64,000 nucleotides of DNA from Ruditapes philippinarum (lineage: Eukaryota): positions 496,001 to 560,000 of the forward strand of contig NW_026859650.1 in NCBI RefSeq assembly GCF_026571515.1, read 5' to 3'. The notes beneath the pieces were generated by a model, which was not told the origin of the DNA, made no database searches, and saw nothing but the letters and a program-made list of their open reading frames with translations. The first letter of the stretch is position 1, and each line of letters opens with the position of its first letter. The position numbers were made by a program, and so were the translations under genes. Shown in pieces: positions 28,130-43,020 of this stretch.

Positions 28130-28745
28130 TTACCGTGGAATGTCCAGACATAATGATTGTGCTATGGTACCAAGATAACTTAATATTTAAAGTTTAGAGT
28201 TAAACATCCTTGAAAAAAAAACATTTATAGTTGAAAAAGCTTGAAAAATTTAAATCAGAAATCTTGAAATTCAGCATATTTGTGGACCACGATATGCGCA
28301 ACCAAAATTTCAACATAGTAGAAAAGTAAGTATATCTGGTGAATAATCATCCAGGAGCTGTCCGATCATACCATTATTCAAGTTTCATAAAATCATTTTC
28401 AAGTACTTTTGAGAGATTCAATCACTGAAATTGTTTCCAGTACGTTAGATTTAAATTTGCTTCCATAATATTCAACCATCTTGTATGCCCATAGCAACCA
28501 AATTTCAACATAGAATAAAAATAAAAACGGATTCATAATCTCCATACTGCCACTCAGATATCCAATATATCAAGTTTCCATAAAAATATTTCGAGTTAGC
28601 TTGTGCAATTTACGCGGCATCAAGTTTGGTGACGACGAGAGCTGAAGCGGAGACTGACAGACACAGCAGACGGTACAGACAGACGACGAGGGTAAACTAA
28701 AGTCCTCTCCGTTTAAAATCGTTTTGGTTAGGGTAACGTAATTAA
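28130..28745 (-). mobile_element. Helentron-associated (HINE/DINE-1-like) non-autonomous element, degenerate
   Basis: Two internal units of about 200 bp (GCAACCAAA(A)TTT(T)CAACATAG near 28298 and 28494; CAAGTTTC(C)ATAAAA), an ACAG/GACG microsatellite at 28650-28690 and a decayed terminal hairpin. Confidence 0.6.
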
Positions 28746-31700
28746 TGGTTATTATCTTAAACGCAACCAAGTTCAAATAATATAAAAAAACTTATCACCT
28801 ATTTTGAACTATGCGTGCTTAATATGAAGACATATCATCAACTTTACAACTATTCCTAAATTACTAAATATCTTAAATGGACTTCCCTGGTTATACAATC
28901 TGGCTACCAAAAGCCAGATCGTCTGATAGTGAATATTTAAAAACAATATGTACGAACTAAATATTATAATCTAACTGACAGACTAAATACATTGATCGGA
29001 CCTGCACAAACGGTGTGTGTCGCAGACTGTAGATTCTGTCCTCCACAGCAGATATGGCTTATATAATAAAAAATATTCTACCGAACTCCTATTGACCCGG
29101 AGATTATTACATAGATAAGTACATATAAATTATAGTATAAAGATATGAATAGCTATATTCATGAGTCATAGATTTAACAAGTATGACTACACACACTAAG
29201 CCTTCGTTTCCTTACCAAATCATCAATGTCACACACATTTTCTACCTATATTTATACTAATTGTTCCTAATGTATTACAAACCATAACTTTTATCAAATT
29301 TTCGTTAAAATAGTGTTCCACGAAGTCTTTCAAGTCGAAAGGCACTACAAAGAGTACATATCTACTATTCATCTTTGCATTCATTCTGTGCTAGAGACCT
29401 ATTACTCTAAAATCTTGACGCATCTGCTAACGTATTTAGCGATAACACTCTACTAACGAACGACTATTGTAAAAATGTAAAAATTAATAGACACCTACGA
29501 TTAAATTGATAAAATCGTTAAATGTACAATAAAAACTGACATACACTAAAAGTGCAAATATAAACCATGTAGACGAAGACAATATAAAACTCCACCTTAA
29601 ATAAAAATATGATTCTACATTTACTATCGACACAAAAACTACTTAATAATCATTATTTAGCGTACCTCTGATTATTTTTACTGACACAATACACACACAT
29701 TAGAATCTATATGTACGTAAAGAACTTCTTTTTCCACAAACACTAGCACTATCATTCATAAAATTTCTTACAATCATAGACACAAATCTTATCATAGATA
29801 CGCAAGCGTGTCTGTCTGTGCGTATTATTATGAATACTTGATGTAGATTAAAATCACTCTCAATTCCAAAACATATTCTCAGGCTTACCAAATTGTAAAG
29901 AAAAATTCTAGTTATTCATATTGTGAAATTCACTTTGTATCCTTTGTTACATCTTTTTTGTCTCTGCCGCCTCAAAATCATTTGTTATACTGATTTAGAT
30001 ATACTATAAAAATTCTATCAACTTGTTATGGGCACGGAAGTGCAATATGCAAACATTACAGACCTTAATTCCATCCATACCTGAGTTAGTCTTAAACAGC
30101 TACACTTCTACAACTTAATCAGATCTTTTAATCATGCAGTATCTGCATTATCCTGCATCAAAGTGCAAATAGCCCAAAGATCTATCGCTTTTATTTAATG
30201 GAAAAACAAAAATGCACTCAGATTATCTCACTAGTAAACCAATAACATTAAATATCTGTTATATGTTCTTACATGCTTATAGACTACTAAATGATCTACA
30301 GTTAATAAAATTGTATCACGTAATTTACTTTTATAATTTATCCCCATGAGTAAACTGTATATTTAAATAACTGCAGCCGAAAAACATGATATTCCACATG
30401 ATGAATATACGCCTATGAGGCAACATATCACAGTAGTTATAATCTCAGTTGACAAAGTTATCTATATAAAACATGTACTATACACCAACCTGTGCAAATA
30501 AACTATTACTATGCCCTGAAGCCTTTGTGCAACAACAACAACAACAAATATTTCAAAGAAAATATACTAAGAAGATATACACATATCTGTGACAACAAAC
30601 AAAAAAACATATAAAACTTCCAATTACAAGACTTTTGCTTAATTCTTATTTGACAATTTTAACAGATATAATTTTCACAAAATTTTTACTTAATAGATCC
30701 CCACCTATTATACAAAAATAAATAGTTCTGCTATATAGCTACAACACAGCTTATATTATTCATTACTTTTAGTTATGCGAAAATTCAACACCAAATTCGT
30801 TGATTTGGTGACCAATTATTACATGTGCAGGACAAAGTCTAAAACTGTATCCGTATAAAGTATCTCGAGTCACAAATAGCAATTGTGGCAATCTGTTTCT
30901 CGAGAAAACTTATTAGCATAATTCACTAACGATGTCATCTGATCGCACATTCTATATGGTCCATAAACCTTAACAACAGCACTAAGAGTACCTGTAGATA
31001 GAAGAATGTCATAGCCTGATTTAACGTCTTTACATATGCACTAATTTGTATGAAATAGTAAATAAATTGCAGCTACTGTGTCAGTTGAAATTGACCATTA
31101 ATGACCCAGAGTTGTAAAAACTGCGACATTCAGAGCAGTGTACATGCAGCCCCGACCATCAATCAAGCTGTTAAAAAATGACAGCTGCTCATACCACCTA
31201 ACCCCAACTGACCGCACTACCTGCAAGAGATTAACAACATATATAGTATAATTAACGCCTATGCTCGAATGTCCAATATGTACATCATAGATAAATCAAG
31301 ATTGACTATTTGCTAAACATACACCAATATTCCGCAATAATTACCACAGTTCTCATCCATATAATAATATTCTACTTTCTCATACATTTTATTACACCAT
31401 GAAAACTCATTCGTCAGATGTACTGTGAATATATAATTATGCAAAGACTATAGCGTGGTTACTTTCGTTAAGAATAATGAGTTATACATTGCTGTTACAC
31501 AGCTAAGCATTTATATTGTTCGTGAGTAAACGACAGGAGTGAAAACAAAATCCCTTAAAGAACACCACAGACAAAAAAAAAACTTTTGAAAATATTAACC
31601 TTTTCATAAGATCTTATATGCAACTAGTATGATAGTCATCATAATACCAAATGACAATGAAAATTCAGATTACAGCTAAAATGACTAGAATCTTTCTTAG

Positions 31701-32491
31701 ATCCACTTATACAAAACCATAGAGCAATATTGATTAAAATAATATAAATAGAGTATAATAGCACCTAATGAAAAACATTGGAAAAATCCTTCAATTATCC
31801 TCTATCTACTATAATCCATTTACTAAAAATTCCCACAACAAACATGTATGAAAACTTCAACTAGTTGATCTATACCTATGCCGGGGTAGAAACACTTCAG
31901 ACCACCCATCTGCTTGAGCGTGTCTGACACACTGTAAATTAAATATAGGTCCGGAGTCAAATATGATACTCATGATTTGAGGTAGGTTGAATCCATTGTG
32001 GGCCGGCACCAGACGACACCATATTCAGAAAAACATCAATTATTTTACATCTAATCAACTCATGTTTGATAAATGTTATCACATATTTAAATATATACTT
32101 TTCCTGATTAATAACAAAACTTTCCGACAAAAAGAATCAAAATGCTCATAAAATTCTTAATAACATTCACACTTATCATCAGCATAAACCTATGAAAAAT
32201 ATAAAAATCCACGTTTTATTTATAAATAAGAAGCACGTATCACAAAATGTCCGGAACAAAATTTTTACTTTCGTTCATAAACCACACATAACTAAACCAG
32301 ACCAAAAAGTAAACATTCACGGAAAACAAACAACTTCACTATTCCATTAGACTGTTGTTTATGACCGACTCAATGTGAGTAAGCCAAATATGTAAATGTC
32401 CAGAAAACTCTTTGAACTAAAATATATTCCCCAATAATCAAATTCCTCTGGCTTTATAGAAGAAACATGACAACTGCATACTAATACTCAC

Positions 32492-32502
32492 CGATTTATC
32501 AT
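32492..32502 (-). CDS. NR1J: Probable first coding exon of NR1J (ATG ATA AAT CG|gtgagt), preceded by 5'UTR to about 32.7 kb
   Basis: Consensus donor GTGAGT at 32491-32486. Phase 2 matches the 14772 acceptor (CG+T = Arg, giving MINRFEDS). The sequence upstream is CpG-enriched (32580-32670). Confidence 0.6.
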
Positions 32503-35500
32503 TACAAAATCACCCCATCTGGTTTTCCTTTACTCTCCTTGTCTATAACTATTTATGTTAAATAAAATTACGTTAACATACAACGTACTCGCGGAACAAG
32601 CGTCTTCGATCACCAATCATATCCACGCCTCAAGCAATTTCGTTTACAACGAAACTCCGCCACTTACACATTTAAGAGGATTACTTCACTACTATGACTT
32701 AATTTATAACAACTATTATTGATTAGAGGAATTATACAAACTGTTTAAAGGACCCAGTTTAAAAGTTGAATGAAAGATAACTAGAGATCCAAACAGTCAT
32801 ATTCTTATTTATCCGCAAGAGGGTAACATAATGAAAATAATGGATATGTAGTTTTTGCAATCAGCTTCAAAAACATTTAAACTGTGTACTATAACCAGAT
32901 AGATATAAAGCATTTAAAGGAGTATTAGTATAGTTCTTGAGATACAATCATGAAATCTGTATTAGCCCTTTTTTGTTTTAATGATTAACATACAACTTAC
33001 ATCACATTTCAATTCTAAACACTACACAACATTTTCCACAAACTTTTCATCAAAAAATGTAAATGCCTTAAACAAAAGTAGATTTTTTTTATTTTAATTA
33101 GTGAAAATCCTGGTTACGAGATCTTTACTTATAAAAATCAGCTTTGAAATCAAAAAGATTTAGTTTCATTACGTAAAAAAGCGCCGAATTTGTTCATATT
33201 ATATCAACATACGATACTAATGTTAATCTATACACTAACAGTTTTCTTATGCCTTTTAAAATGATTTAGAATAACTCAATGTCCAGATTAAAACCGATCG
33301 TTATATACATTTATTATTATATTCAAGGTAACGGTTACCTCAAAATACCAATTAAATGTATCTATATATCTTATATTCCTAATCAATCATATGTAGTGCT
33401 AACTATTATTAATCTTAACGCGCAGTCAAAATTCATTAACTGTAAGAAAAGTATGGAACTTTGACAATTAAGGTAAATACCCTGAGCCCAAGCTTACCAG
33501 CAGAGTGCCTAGCATAACCATGCAGTCAGAACCATCAGGCATGATAACAGCCTGTCTGACCAGACCTTCAAATTAATTAAATCATCTTCATTCCCCCAAA
33601 TCTATAGAGTGACTTTGAGTTCTAAAAATTAGAGCTTGGCAACGTCCATTTAAGAAATATAGCAGTTTATAATTTTAATTGCAATGAAAAACATATAGAA
33701 TATTTCTTCGAGTTATGATGAGAATTACCAAGGACCTATATTCATACCAGCCTATTTTCTACGTTTGAAACTTAGTTTTACCATTGATGATCCACATACC
33801 CATGCATATTAACCTCGTTACCTCCAAATACATCCTCAAATTTTAATATGACAAAAAAAACATATGATTTACTTGTCCGGCTTGATTTCTATGAATTAGT
33901 ACAAACTAAACATTCGCACATAATAACATGAATCAAAACAGCTATTAAACTTCGCAAAAGACCGAAATTGCTAAAATTCTACCTAATTCCATCAAGAAAT
34001 GACTTTTTCTTTCTTTCCATGTCTAAAAACACCATTGTTCTTAAGACACATTTTTTTTAAATCGAATTTATGATTCATAAAAGAATTTCAAATAACAGCA
34101 AAAGAAGAAAAATCATCAATAAAATAGAATTAATGTAATAAGACTAAAATAATTACTCAAGTGTAGAAATATATGACGATTGCACTGAAAAAGAAAAATT
34201 CTAATTTTATTTGCCACAATATGACTAAGTAATCAAAGAAGTTCGGATCTGACGGACATACAGAAACAGAGAAAAGAGTCAACAAAAAAAATGCAGAAGA
34301 CCCCGTCAGACTTAAACATCAAAATATATGCACACGCAAAAAAAAAGGGGGAAACAAACATCGCATTGCTTTCCAGTGCATAAAGTCCGCATGTTTATAT
34401 GATATACAAAACAAAAGATCAAGAAGTTAAAATAGGCTATCATAAAGAAAAACAGTAATTTCAAATGCCTGAAGAAGGAAACAGAATACGTACACTATCA
34501 CCTACGTGGCAAACATATTGACATATCAAGCAATACTGTAGATAATTCAATAAACAGTACAAACTTCTCTGAATCTGACATTAAAATAGAAAGACAAAAT
34601 TCAAAATGGTATATAATTTATTATAACTTGAAAACAAAACAAAAAACAGGTAGTAAAACATGCTTTGTGTGAGATCACTTTACAAGAAAATCTTCTAACT
34701 AGCTGGAACAGACCCTTTTTACACTTACTGTGCTCCTACAAATCTTAGTAGACCCATCTTTTTTAGATTTTCATTATCGAATTGATAATATCTACATATC
34801 TCATACATACATAATATATCACCCAAAAGATTAGCTTTTATGCAAACATATGGGCAATAGAAACCAATCATTCAATCAGAAGCTGCTTATTCCCTATGTT
34901 GCATAGAATAACCAGATCCCGTGTGTGGTTCTTTTTTTCTTGCATATCTAGTACACTTCAATGATTCATAATTGAGCATTTCATTCACCACTTTTGAGTA
35001 TTTAGATATAACGTACCAAACTTTGAAGGCAGAAGGTACAGCAATCCATAAGAACTACTGAATAGCTTATAAAGCCCATAGTCGAATCAAAGACAAAACC
35101 CCCAAGTTATATTGACTGACAACACAATGTGTATGCTACAGAACCTTATAATAATAAAAACATCTTGTGCATAACTTCATCAGCAAGCCCAAAGTCCAAT
35201 CTATCAACTTAATTAAGTCAATTGCACCTATTCTTGTATCAATATTCATAAATTTGTAATTCATATGCACAGATTTTATCCATGAGTGTGGCCTCAGTGC
35301 TAAAGATGCCTGATTTATTGTCAATAGAAAACCCATTAATTGTTTAAGCCAATTTCGGTCACTCCCTAGTTATGTTCAACTTGAACATTTTTTCCCCAAA
35401 TTTTATTATTCATATCATAATGCTGTCATTGATACATGCATATTAATATAAATCACAAATAAATGGCAGCCCAATTATAATCATGCAAGCAAAATTAATT

Positions 35501-38500
35501 GTGCTGTTGTTTTTTTAACCAATGATTAACAACAGTCTGTCATATACTTTATGTTTAAACAAGAATAATATAATTCAAACAAGATATTCAATCCTCCCAA
35601 AAAATTAATATCATTGATACATATGAAGTAACAGTGATCCTTTTGGCGCTGCGCTTGCGCAAAGCGAAAAGCCAACTTAATAAGGCACAATCTCAGGCTT
35701 ACGCGAAACCTGAATTTCGGCTGAATTATACAATGCAACGTTAGGTAAAATAGTTTCCCAATATTTCTATAGTAGGTAACAAGTTAGAAAATCCGTACCT
35801 TCATTCAATACAGGAGGGTTTATCAACATTTTTAATGTATTATTAACGAAAATTACAGATAGAATTTGTTGCTGTACAGAAAAAATATCACAATTCTGCG
35901 AATTGATCACTGACAGTTCACTGAGTCACCCATGCTCTTCAACAGCTTGATTCGACTTCATTATTACAGACATCCAGATATTGAATGTAAATTGTAGAGT
36001 TTTCATTGAGCAATTTTGACAGATTTACCTCGTTTAAAAAGAAAAAACTTTATGAAACTGAACCACCCGTAAGATTAATTTTTGAAGATTAATTTGTTTA
36101 TCAAAATAAATTGTCGGTAAAGGGTAAACGATTCGCCACAGTGACGATTCCGTCCGAATTTTAGTGCGATTCGCCCCTAAAATTAAAAATTTTTTTTTTA
36201 AAAAAATACTTTGGGACAGAAAAATATTTAGGTTTGGGTTTTTTTTGGAATTGGTTTGGTAATATTTCCTTTATATTTAATAGATAAGCAGATAAAGGTT
36301 TAACAAAGAACTAACAGTATAATTAATAAAATTTAATTAAATTTCTAGATTCTCATTGTATCAAATAATATATTATGAGTTATTTAATTAACTTTAGAGT
36401 TTTAATAAATAAACTAGATAATAGATTGATGTAATAGATATAAGTATGATAATATATTGATTTTATTTACTCATAGATATTCGTTTCTAACACACAGGAT
36501 TTGTCATGAAACATTGTATTTTCTATTGCTCTATTGGCCAAATGGTAATTTGTCGGGCATGACATTATATAAGCAGATTGTGAATCAAAAATTATTGTTT
36601 TTATGTTTACAAATGCATATCAATAGAGGAAAAATAGAATCCTTAAGAACCACCCAAAAATGAACAATTGAAAAATGTTCAGGTTTCGGTTTGTTTGAGG
36701 CTAAACAGTACTGGAAAATAAAAGTTACTGTCCTTTAGGCCCCCCCCTAGACATACTGGCTTTAAGGCCCATTATGCCCCCCAGAAATGATTTTAATTTA
36801 AAATTTCTCAAAAGCCTGTTATTGGGCCTGTTATAACTCCAAAAAGTTACTCAATGGGCAATTATCTGAACCAACTTTTTTGCCTCAGCGTTTGTTTTTT
36901 TAGCAATCAGTATAGTTAAAGTGATTTAGTATTTTTGTATGGAAAAGTCAAAAAACTAACTTTGTTTAACAACAATCAAACAGAAAGGGGCCCTTACAAT
37001 GTAGTAAGTCTGTCCTAAGAGGAGGTGTCTGATTATTCTTAGGCTTCAGTTCTCACACTGACATCTAACTGAGTTCAAATATTTTGTCAAATTCAGTTTT
37101 CATAGTCTAGAGAAATAATTATTGAAACAATCTAAACCAAAGTTTTTGAAAATCGCAAAAAAATACACAGAATCTTGATGAACAGTATCCTTTTTTTGTT
37201 CAGTTCCCCCTTCTTTTTTTTTTCAATTAAGGGAACACACATTGGTATTCTTTGGGAATCATACGCCACTTTTCATGGACTGGCACTAACATGTCACATT
37301 GGAGTTCCATGATCACTGCCATAAAAATACACCTGCTAATGTTATAAATTTAAAAAAATTACCATTACATGTTTAAATGTTGAATACTGCTTAACCTGGG
37401 TGCTATTGGTGTGAACAGTAGCATGCACTTTCCAGTTTAAAAACTATCCATAAACTGGCTCAATCAAACTGGAGTCTGCAGCATTTTTCAAATAATTGGG
37501 CTATTTTTGGACTTTTTTTTGTAGAATTTCTGTTTCTCTTTATGTACCCTAATTACCTAGTATTAAAGCTTTAAAAATGAGCGAATAAAAGACCACATAG
37601 GAAAACACACAGGTGCAAACAACTGGATTTTTTTATTTTGCTCAAGCCCTGTCACTCAGTCATATTTACCTGTATTTAAAGAAAGATTCTACAACTAGAT
37701 TTTTTTTAGAAGGTAATTCCTGATCCAGAAGTGTTCTCCCACAACAAGTGCGTGGTTTCCCCATTTCTGCTCTATGCTAAAGTGCATACAAAAACGGACG
37801 ATAGTACTTAGAACTGTGTAATCAATATAACACTTTATTTACATGCATGATTAGGGGATTTTCTAATAATATGAAAAAATTGTTGATATAAGAAAAATAT
37901 ATAATTAAATTGATAACGTCATGGGATTTGACTGATTAATTTCACAAATAATCATTGTATATTATAAACATGAATGATATTGTCTGAATGGTTAAGGTCA
38001 ACATTTTACTTGCTTCTGATTGTCCCAATAAGTTTGATGCATTGACCTGTTTTGAGTTTGGTATTATACATGTACATGATGTAGCTGAATTTGACTATTA
38101 AGCCAAATGATTTAGATAACTATAAGTTGGGGAATGCTTTATTGTTGATATGAAAATCATATGAATGTTAAATAAGAAATGCATTTATTTCAGGTGTGTG
38201 ATATAATAAACTGTTGTGTGAGGTTTTTAAATGTGGACATGGTCAAGACATACTATGATAGTATTGTTCAGTGTAAGTTCTCTTTAAATGTTTGTTTATA
38301 AGAAAAACCCACATTTATTTTATTGAGCTCTGGAAAATTTGAAACACATATTTGACTTTAGTAGTCAAATTTAAGACAACACTACTGTCATGGAAGTATT
38401 TCCTGTACAAAAGCAGTATACCAGCTTTTTTTTGCAATAAATGCTGTTGTTTTTTCCTTGTGTCCAGAATGATATGCACATAGTCATACTATTAAGAAAT

Positions 38501-41172
38501 ATATTCAGAAATACATTGAAAATTGTATATTTGTGCTATTCTAATTCTATTCTTCCCAATACATGTATGAATCAAAAGCACTGTTCATTTTTGGGACATT
38601 TTACACTATTCATTTCAAGTAATCATTCTGGGAAAACAGAGCGAGTGCATGATCTGAAAATTTTTGCATATAGGTTTTTGCCAAGATCTACATCAAATAG
38701 AATATCAAATTATCAATCTTGAAATATTATTTCCATTCTGGGTCATGTCAAAAGCCTCAGTGGAGTCCCTTTAAGTAATTCATATATGACATTGACCTTT
38801 TAGATGACTGACCATCATGGTCAAATACTGAATTTTAACTTATTGTCATATTGTTAATATCTATTTGTTTTGTGTTCGCATATTAATTTATAAGAAGAAT
38901 TCCTTGAAAAATATTTACCTCATTTTGACTGGAAAAGTACATATATTATAACAACCTTAGCTAAAGGTAGTAATAAGAGTATGAGTCTGAAGTTTACAAT
39001 ATTTATGATTTCTCTTTGGTTACAGAGAGAAACAGTTTTTCTTTTTTGTATTTTATTATAAATATTGAAAATGTATAATTTGCTGTCAAGTTGTGTGTAA
39101 CTAAATATGTAGTACATTTTACATTAATCTTCTGTTCTTAGTGAATTAATCTATAGAGTAAGTGTATAGGTAAAAGAATCTCTGGTAAAAAAATATTTGA
39201 AAATCTTAAAAGCACAATATAATGTGTGACTGTCAGAGATAAATTAATTTTGTTAATTTCTTTAGAAAGGTCAAATATGTGTTCAATTATGTTTTTAATG
39301 ATGTATTTAGAGCATTTTTAAATGTTTAACCACTGAAAAGAGTAACACTGAACAAACAGTCATGTGTTGTAAAGGTAGCAAAATGTGAGCAAAGTATTAT
39401 TTTGACTTACATACAAAATATGAATTAATGTAATTATACCAATTGCCAGATAACTTATCTACATGTACATGGTCAATGAGTACATGTAACTATTTGAAAC
39501 TGCAACAAGATATGTAAAAGGAAAGTTTGAAAAATAAAAATGTTATCTTTTCTAAGGCTTAATGGACCTTTAAAAAGTTATTATTTAATATATATTTAAT
39601 GCAGATATCATATGTGCAGAAAAAATTGTGGTAAAATGATATAACTTGCTTGTTTAATACTGATTACTTGTGCATGATCTTTAATATATTATAAGACATT
39701 AAATTTTTGTTTGCTTTTTTTTACGGGTGACTTCTGTCATGTTACTTTTTTGATAAACAGTGAAGGTACAGTAGGTTCAGACAAGTTATATACATGTATA
39801 CAGGACAAGATAGCTCAAACTGGTAGTTTGTTATAGCAAAAAGTGATGACGTTTCAGCCATGAAAGTCTTCATCGTGAATGATGATCATCATGATCCTAT
39901 TTATAGATTCTTTTGCATTATCTGTAAGGAAGAGGTTTCTGCTGCAAGAAAGAAAAAAATTCATACAGGTTTGTCATTTTTTCAAATAATAAATTTAGGT
40001 CTGTTGTTGATTGCATGTACATTAAAAAAAGGTCTTTCCTTATCAATAAGGTTCTAAAAGTTTGTCATCTTGTGGTAATTACTGATCCCTTAGTAAATTA
40101 ATTACAGTCATCAAACTTTTTAAACATGTTTACTGTAATCACTTGTTGCATGGTGCATATGCCTGAAGCCTAGGATTTTGTGACAAATATCATCATGTTT
40201 TACTATTAGATTATGTGGAAAAATGATTAATAAATGAATTATAGTTTAAGGTTTTTCCAAAGTTTTCAAAACTTGCACCGATGTTGTTGTAATATCAGGG
40301 TTTTTACTTTCTAATGTTTGACTGATATCATTGCAGACCTTTACTAATTCAAAATCATGACAAAGTATTTAAAATTAAAATTTCCCTTTCCAGAATTACA
40401 TTAATTCATTGTAGGACTAGTAATCATACAAAAAAAATATATATTACTGTAAACATGTTACACTAGAAAATTAAAAATTGAAATGTATGCTCATAGTGAA
40501 ATGATCCATTCAAAAGTTAAATTTTCAATTATTTTTCTGAAAAACAATAACAGATTATGCCCTGCTTCTAGTTTCTTGTATTTGAACAAATTATGCTGTT
40601 TAATTGTTTTACTAAACCTTGCTCCACTTTGCAGTAAGAAGTTGCCGCCCACTCTGTTCAAATGAAGCTGTCTGAAGTACCAAGTAGAACAATGTATTAT
40701 TTCTGGAACAACTTAATTGAAGTGAAGCTTACTATGTGAAGGAGTTTTTCTGTATTCAAAAGGAAACTTCAGCATACAGAATACCAATTTAGGTATAGTA
40801 CACTTTAAATTTTTACTGTTATCCATCTAAAGAAAGCATGAGATACAAAAATAAGCGATAATAATTATTTACCTGACACCAGAATACACTATGGTTCTGG
40901 CTTGCAGTTAAGAAGTGGATGTTCTATTCTTTGTACATTCAAGCATTAATTGAAAACCAATATATTTGTCCTATCATTTAATTTGAAAAAGAAATTGACA
41001 ATATTCTTGGTTTGTTTTTCAGCAGCCATTTGTAAAAGTTAATTAAGTCTGTATATCACACCATCCATTGCTTTTGATTTTCTTGTGACCAGAAACTAGC
41101 ATTTTACATAGTGGTGCAAGCTTACTATGATAATTCATGCAAAGATATGATAAAGATATATATATATAATAT

Positions 41173-41435
41173 CCCCAGTAAAAATGTCAGTGGAATACCA
41201 GTGGAATACCACTGTATTCCAGTGGTAACCATAAATCCACTGGTATTCCACTGGAATACTACATAATACCAGTGGAATAACACTGCAATTTCAGTGGTTA
41301 TTATAATTCCACTGGTATTCCACTGGTTTTTTTTCACTGGTAATCTAATATTGAGTAGTGGTATGCCACTGGTCAAATTTATTTCAGTTGTAAACCACTG
41401 GATTTCCCAGTGTAAACCACTGGATTTCCAGTGAA
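41173..41435. repeat. Left subterminal array of CCACTGG / CAGTGGAATACCA motifs
   Basis: Many direct and inverted copies of ccactg / cagtgg with gaatac / gtattc. Confidence 0.9.
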
Positions 41436-42791
41436 CTTGGTGACTTCAATAATATATATACAATTTAATAAGGACACTTCCAGTGGACTAATTTTTACCA
41501 TTGGTATGTACAATTACGAACATGAAAAAAAGGTTCCATCAAAACTGTCTCTGATCATATTTGTGTGTATACATGTTGGTAATCTGAGGTCAAAAATAGA
41601 ATTCTAGGGTAAACATCATAATCAATATAGTCATTACAATTAAGTAATTGAATTATTATTTATTCACAGTTAAAAACAATTGAATAATATAATGTTTCAA
41701 TTATATGATAGAAATACAATCATAGTATAAATTTACTGGATGATTAGACAGTCATGGTTCAAACCAGTATATCGCCCCTGTGAAATAGTGTTCTTGAAAT
41801 CATGTACTTTTCAATACATTTAAGAACAGTTCATTAACTGGTCCTAAACACTTCATAATGATTGTTCAAGAACTTTAATATGTTCATGAACAGTTCTTCA
41901 AGCTTGTTCATGAACTGTTCATTGGCATAAAAAGAACGAAACCAAATTCTTTAAAGTTTCATGAACTTAGTTCAATGATATAATCAAAATTATTCAGTCA
42001 TTGTCATACATGCCATGGACAATCCCTGAAATAAGGTGTCTGTCCCGGAGATGATTTATGTCCCAGTAAAAAAAAAAAATCTAAAATAATCTACTCTGAA
42101 GCAAGAAATTTTACTTTTTTATATAATTTTATTGTCAAGTTTTTGTAAACTTATCTAGAACGCTAATAACAAACGATTATCCCCGAACAGCATTGCAATG
42201 GTGACACTAATCCTTTGATTGGTATATCTACGTGCCCCTTCCAACAAACAATTATCGACAATAATTTTGATTAATTAAAAGATTAATTACCCCTTGTGGC
42301 TTCCTGAGTGAAGGTGTCATACACTGGCCAACTGGACAGTATAAATTTAATCTGCCTGGAGACATTTATTAGTGGTCAAACACCGTGAAAATTACCGCTA
42401 AATATGAGGTGATAAAATCTACAAGATTCACCGAATGTTTCAGGTAAATGACGTGGGTAATTGTCATTACTTAACAAAGCTTTATTCTTTTCTGTGACTG
42501 ATTGAATTAACGATGCCTAAACACTTAAAAAAGATAGAAAAACAGTTAATAATTATTGACATTCTGACTTTGTTTATGGTGTCATTAAATTTGCAAGTTG
42601 TAATTACCGGTTATTATAGGGCCTATAGGTTGTATGCCACTATGTAAATTAAAAAAAAAAAGAAATACGTTTGCTGATCAATGCCCACCTTCAAATGAAA
42701 GTGTCCCGGAAATGAGTCTAAAAATTATGGCATGTAACTCATTGTATTGACGGCAAAAACAACGGAATTACACGAAATTATGAAAATCGAG

Positions 42792-42865
42792 CACATGTTA
42801 CTGACGTAGTACACATGTCACTGACGTAGTACACAGGTTTATTGCGTAGTACACAGGTCTATTGA
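42792..42865. repeat. 20-bp tandem repeat x 4 just upstream of the element's internal gene
   Basis: CACATGT.ACTGACGTAGTA twice, then two variants (CACAGGT.TATTG...). Confidence 0.85.
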
Positions 42866-42882
42866 GCGCGCAACATTCAAAG

Positions 42883-43020
42883 ACGGCAAAAACTTCGTCT
42901 CATACCAACAGTGAATTGATGATATCATCTCCCCAATAAAGATATACAACGAGGAAGGTGAAATTGCTCAAGCAAATTATCAGAAAAAGACCTTCAAAGC
43001 TGCAATCGGTGATATTCACA
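42883..43020 (+). pseudogene. Probable first exon of the decayed transposon-borne BEN gene
   Basis: Mutated start context AAGACGGCA (compare AAGATGGC). Open stretch IDDIISPIKIYNEEGEIAQANYQKKTFKAAIGDIH ends at a consensus donor A|GTGAGT (43021). Confidence 0.5.

Larger units (their letters stand above)
3461..32502 (-). other. NR1J: Nuclear receptor gene, NR1J (HR96/DAF-12/NHR-8-like) group; 4 coding exons, about 426 aa; introns about 17.7 kb, 9.2 kb and 0.8 kb
   Basis: Exons 32492-32502, 14544-14772, 5152-5318 and 3461-4334 join with GT-AG boundaries and matching phases (2,0,2) into a 1281-nt ORF: MINRFEDS...[27 protein letters not shown]...CPYEEKCKMDVSNRRFCKRCRLRKCFEIGM...LBD...PLMKEVMD. The P-box ESCKA is diagnostic of NR1J. 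Confidence 0.9.
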
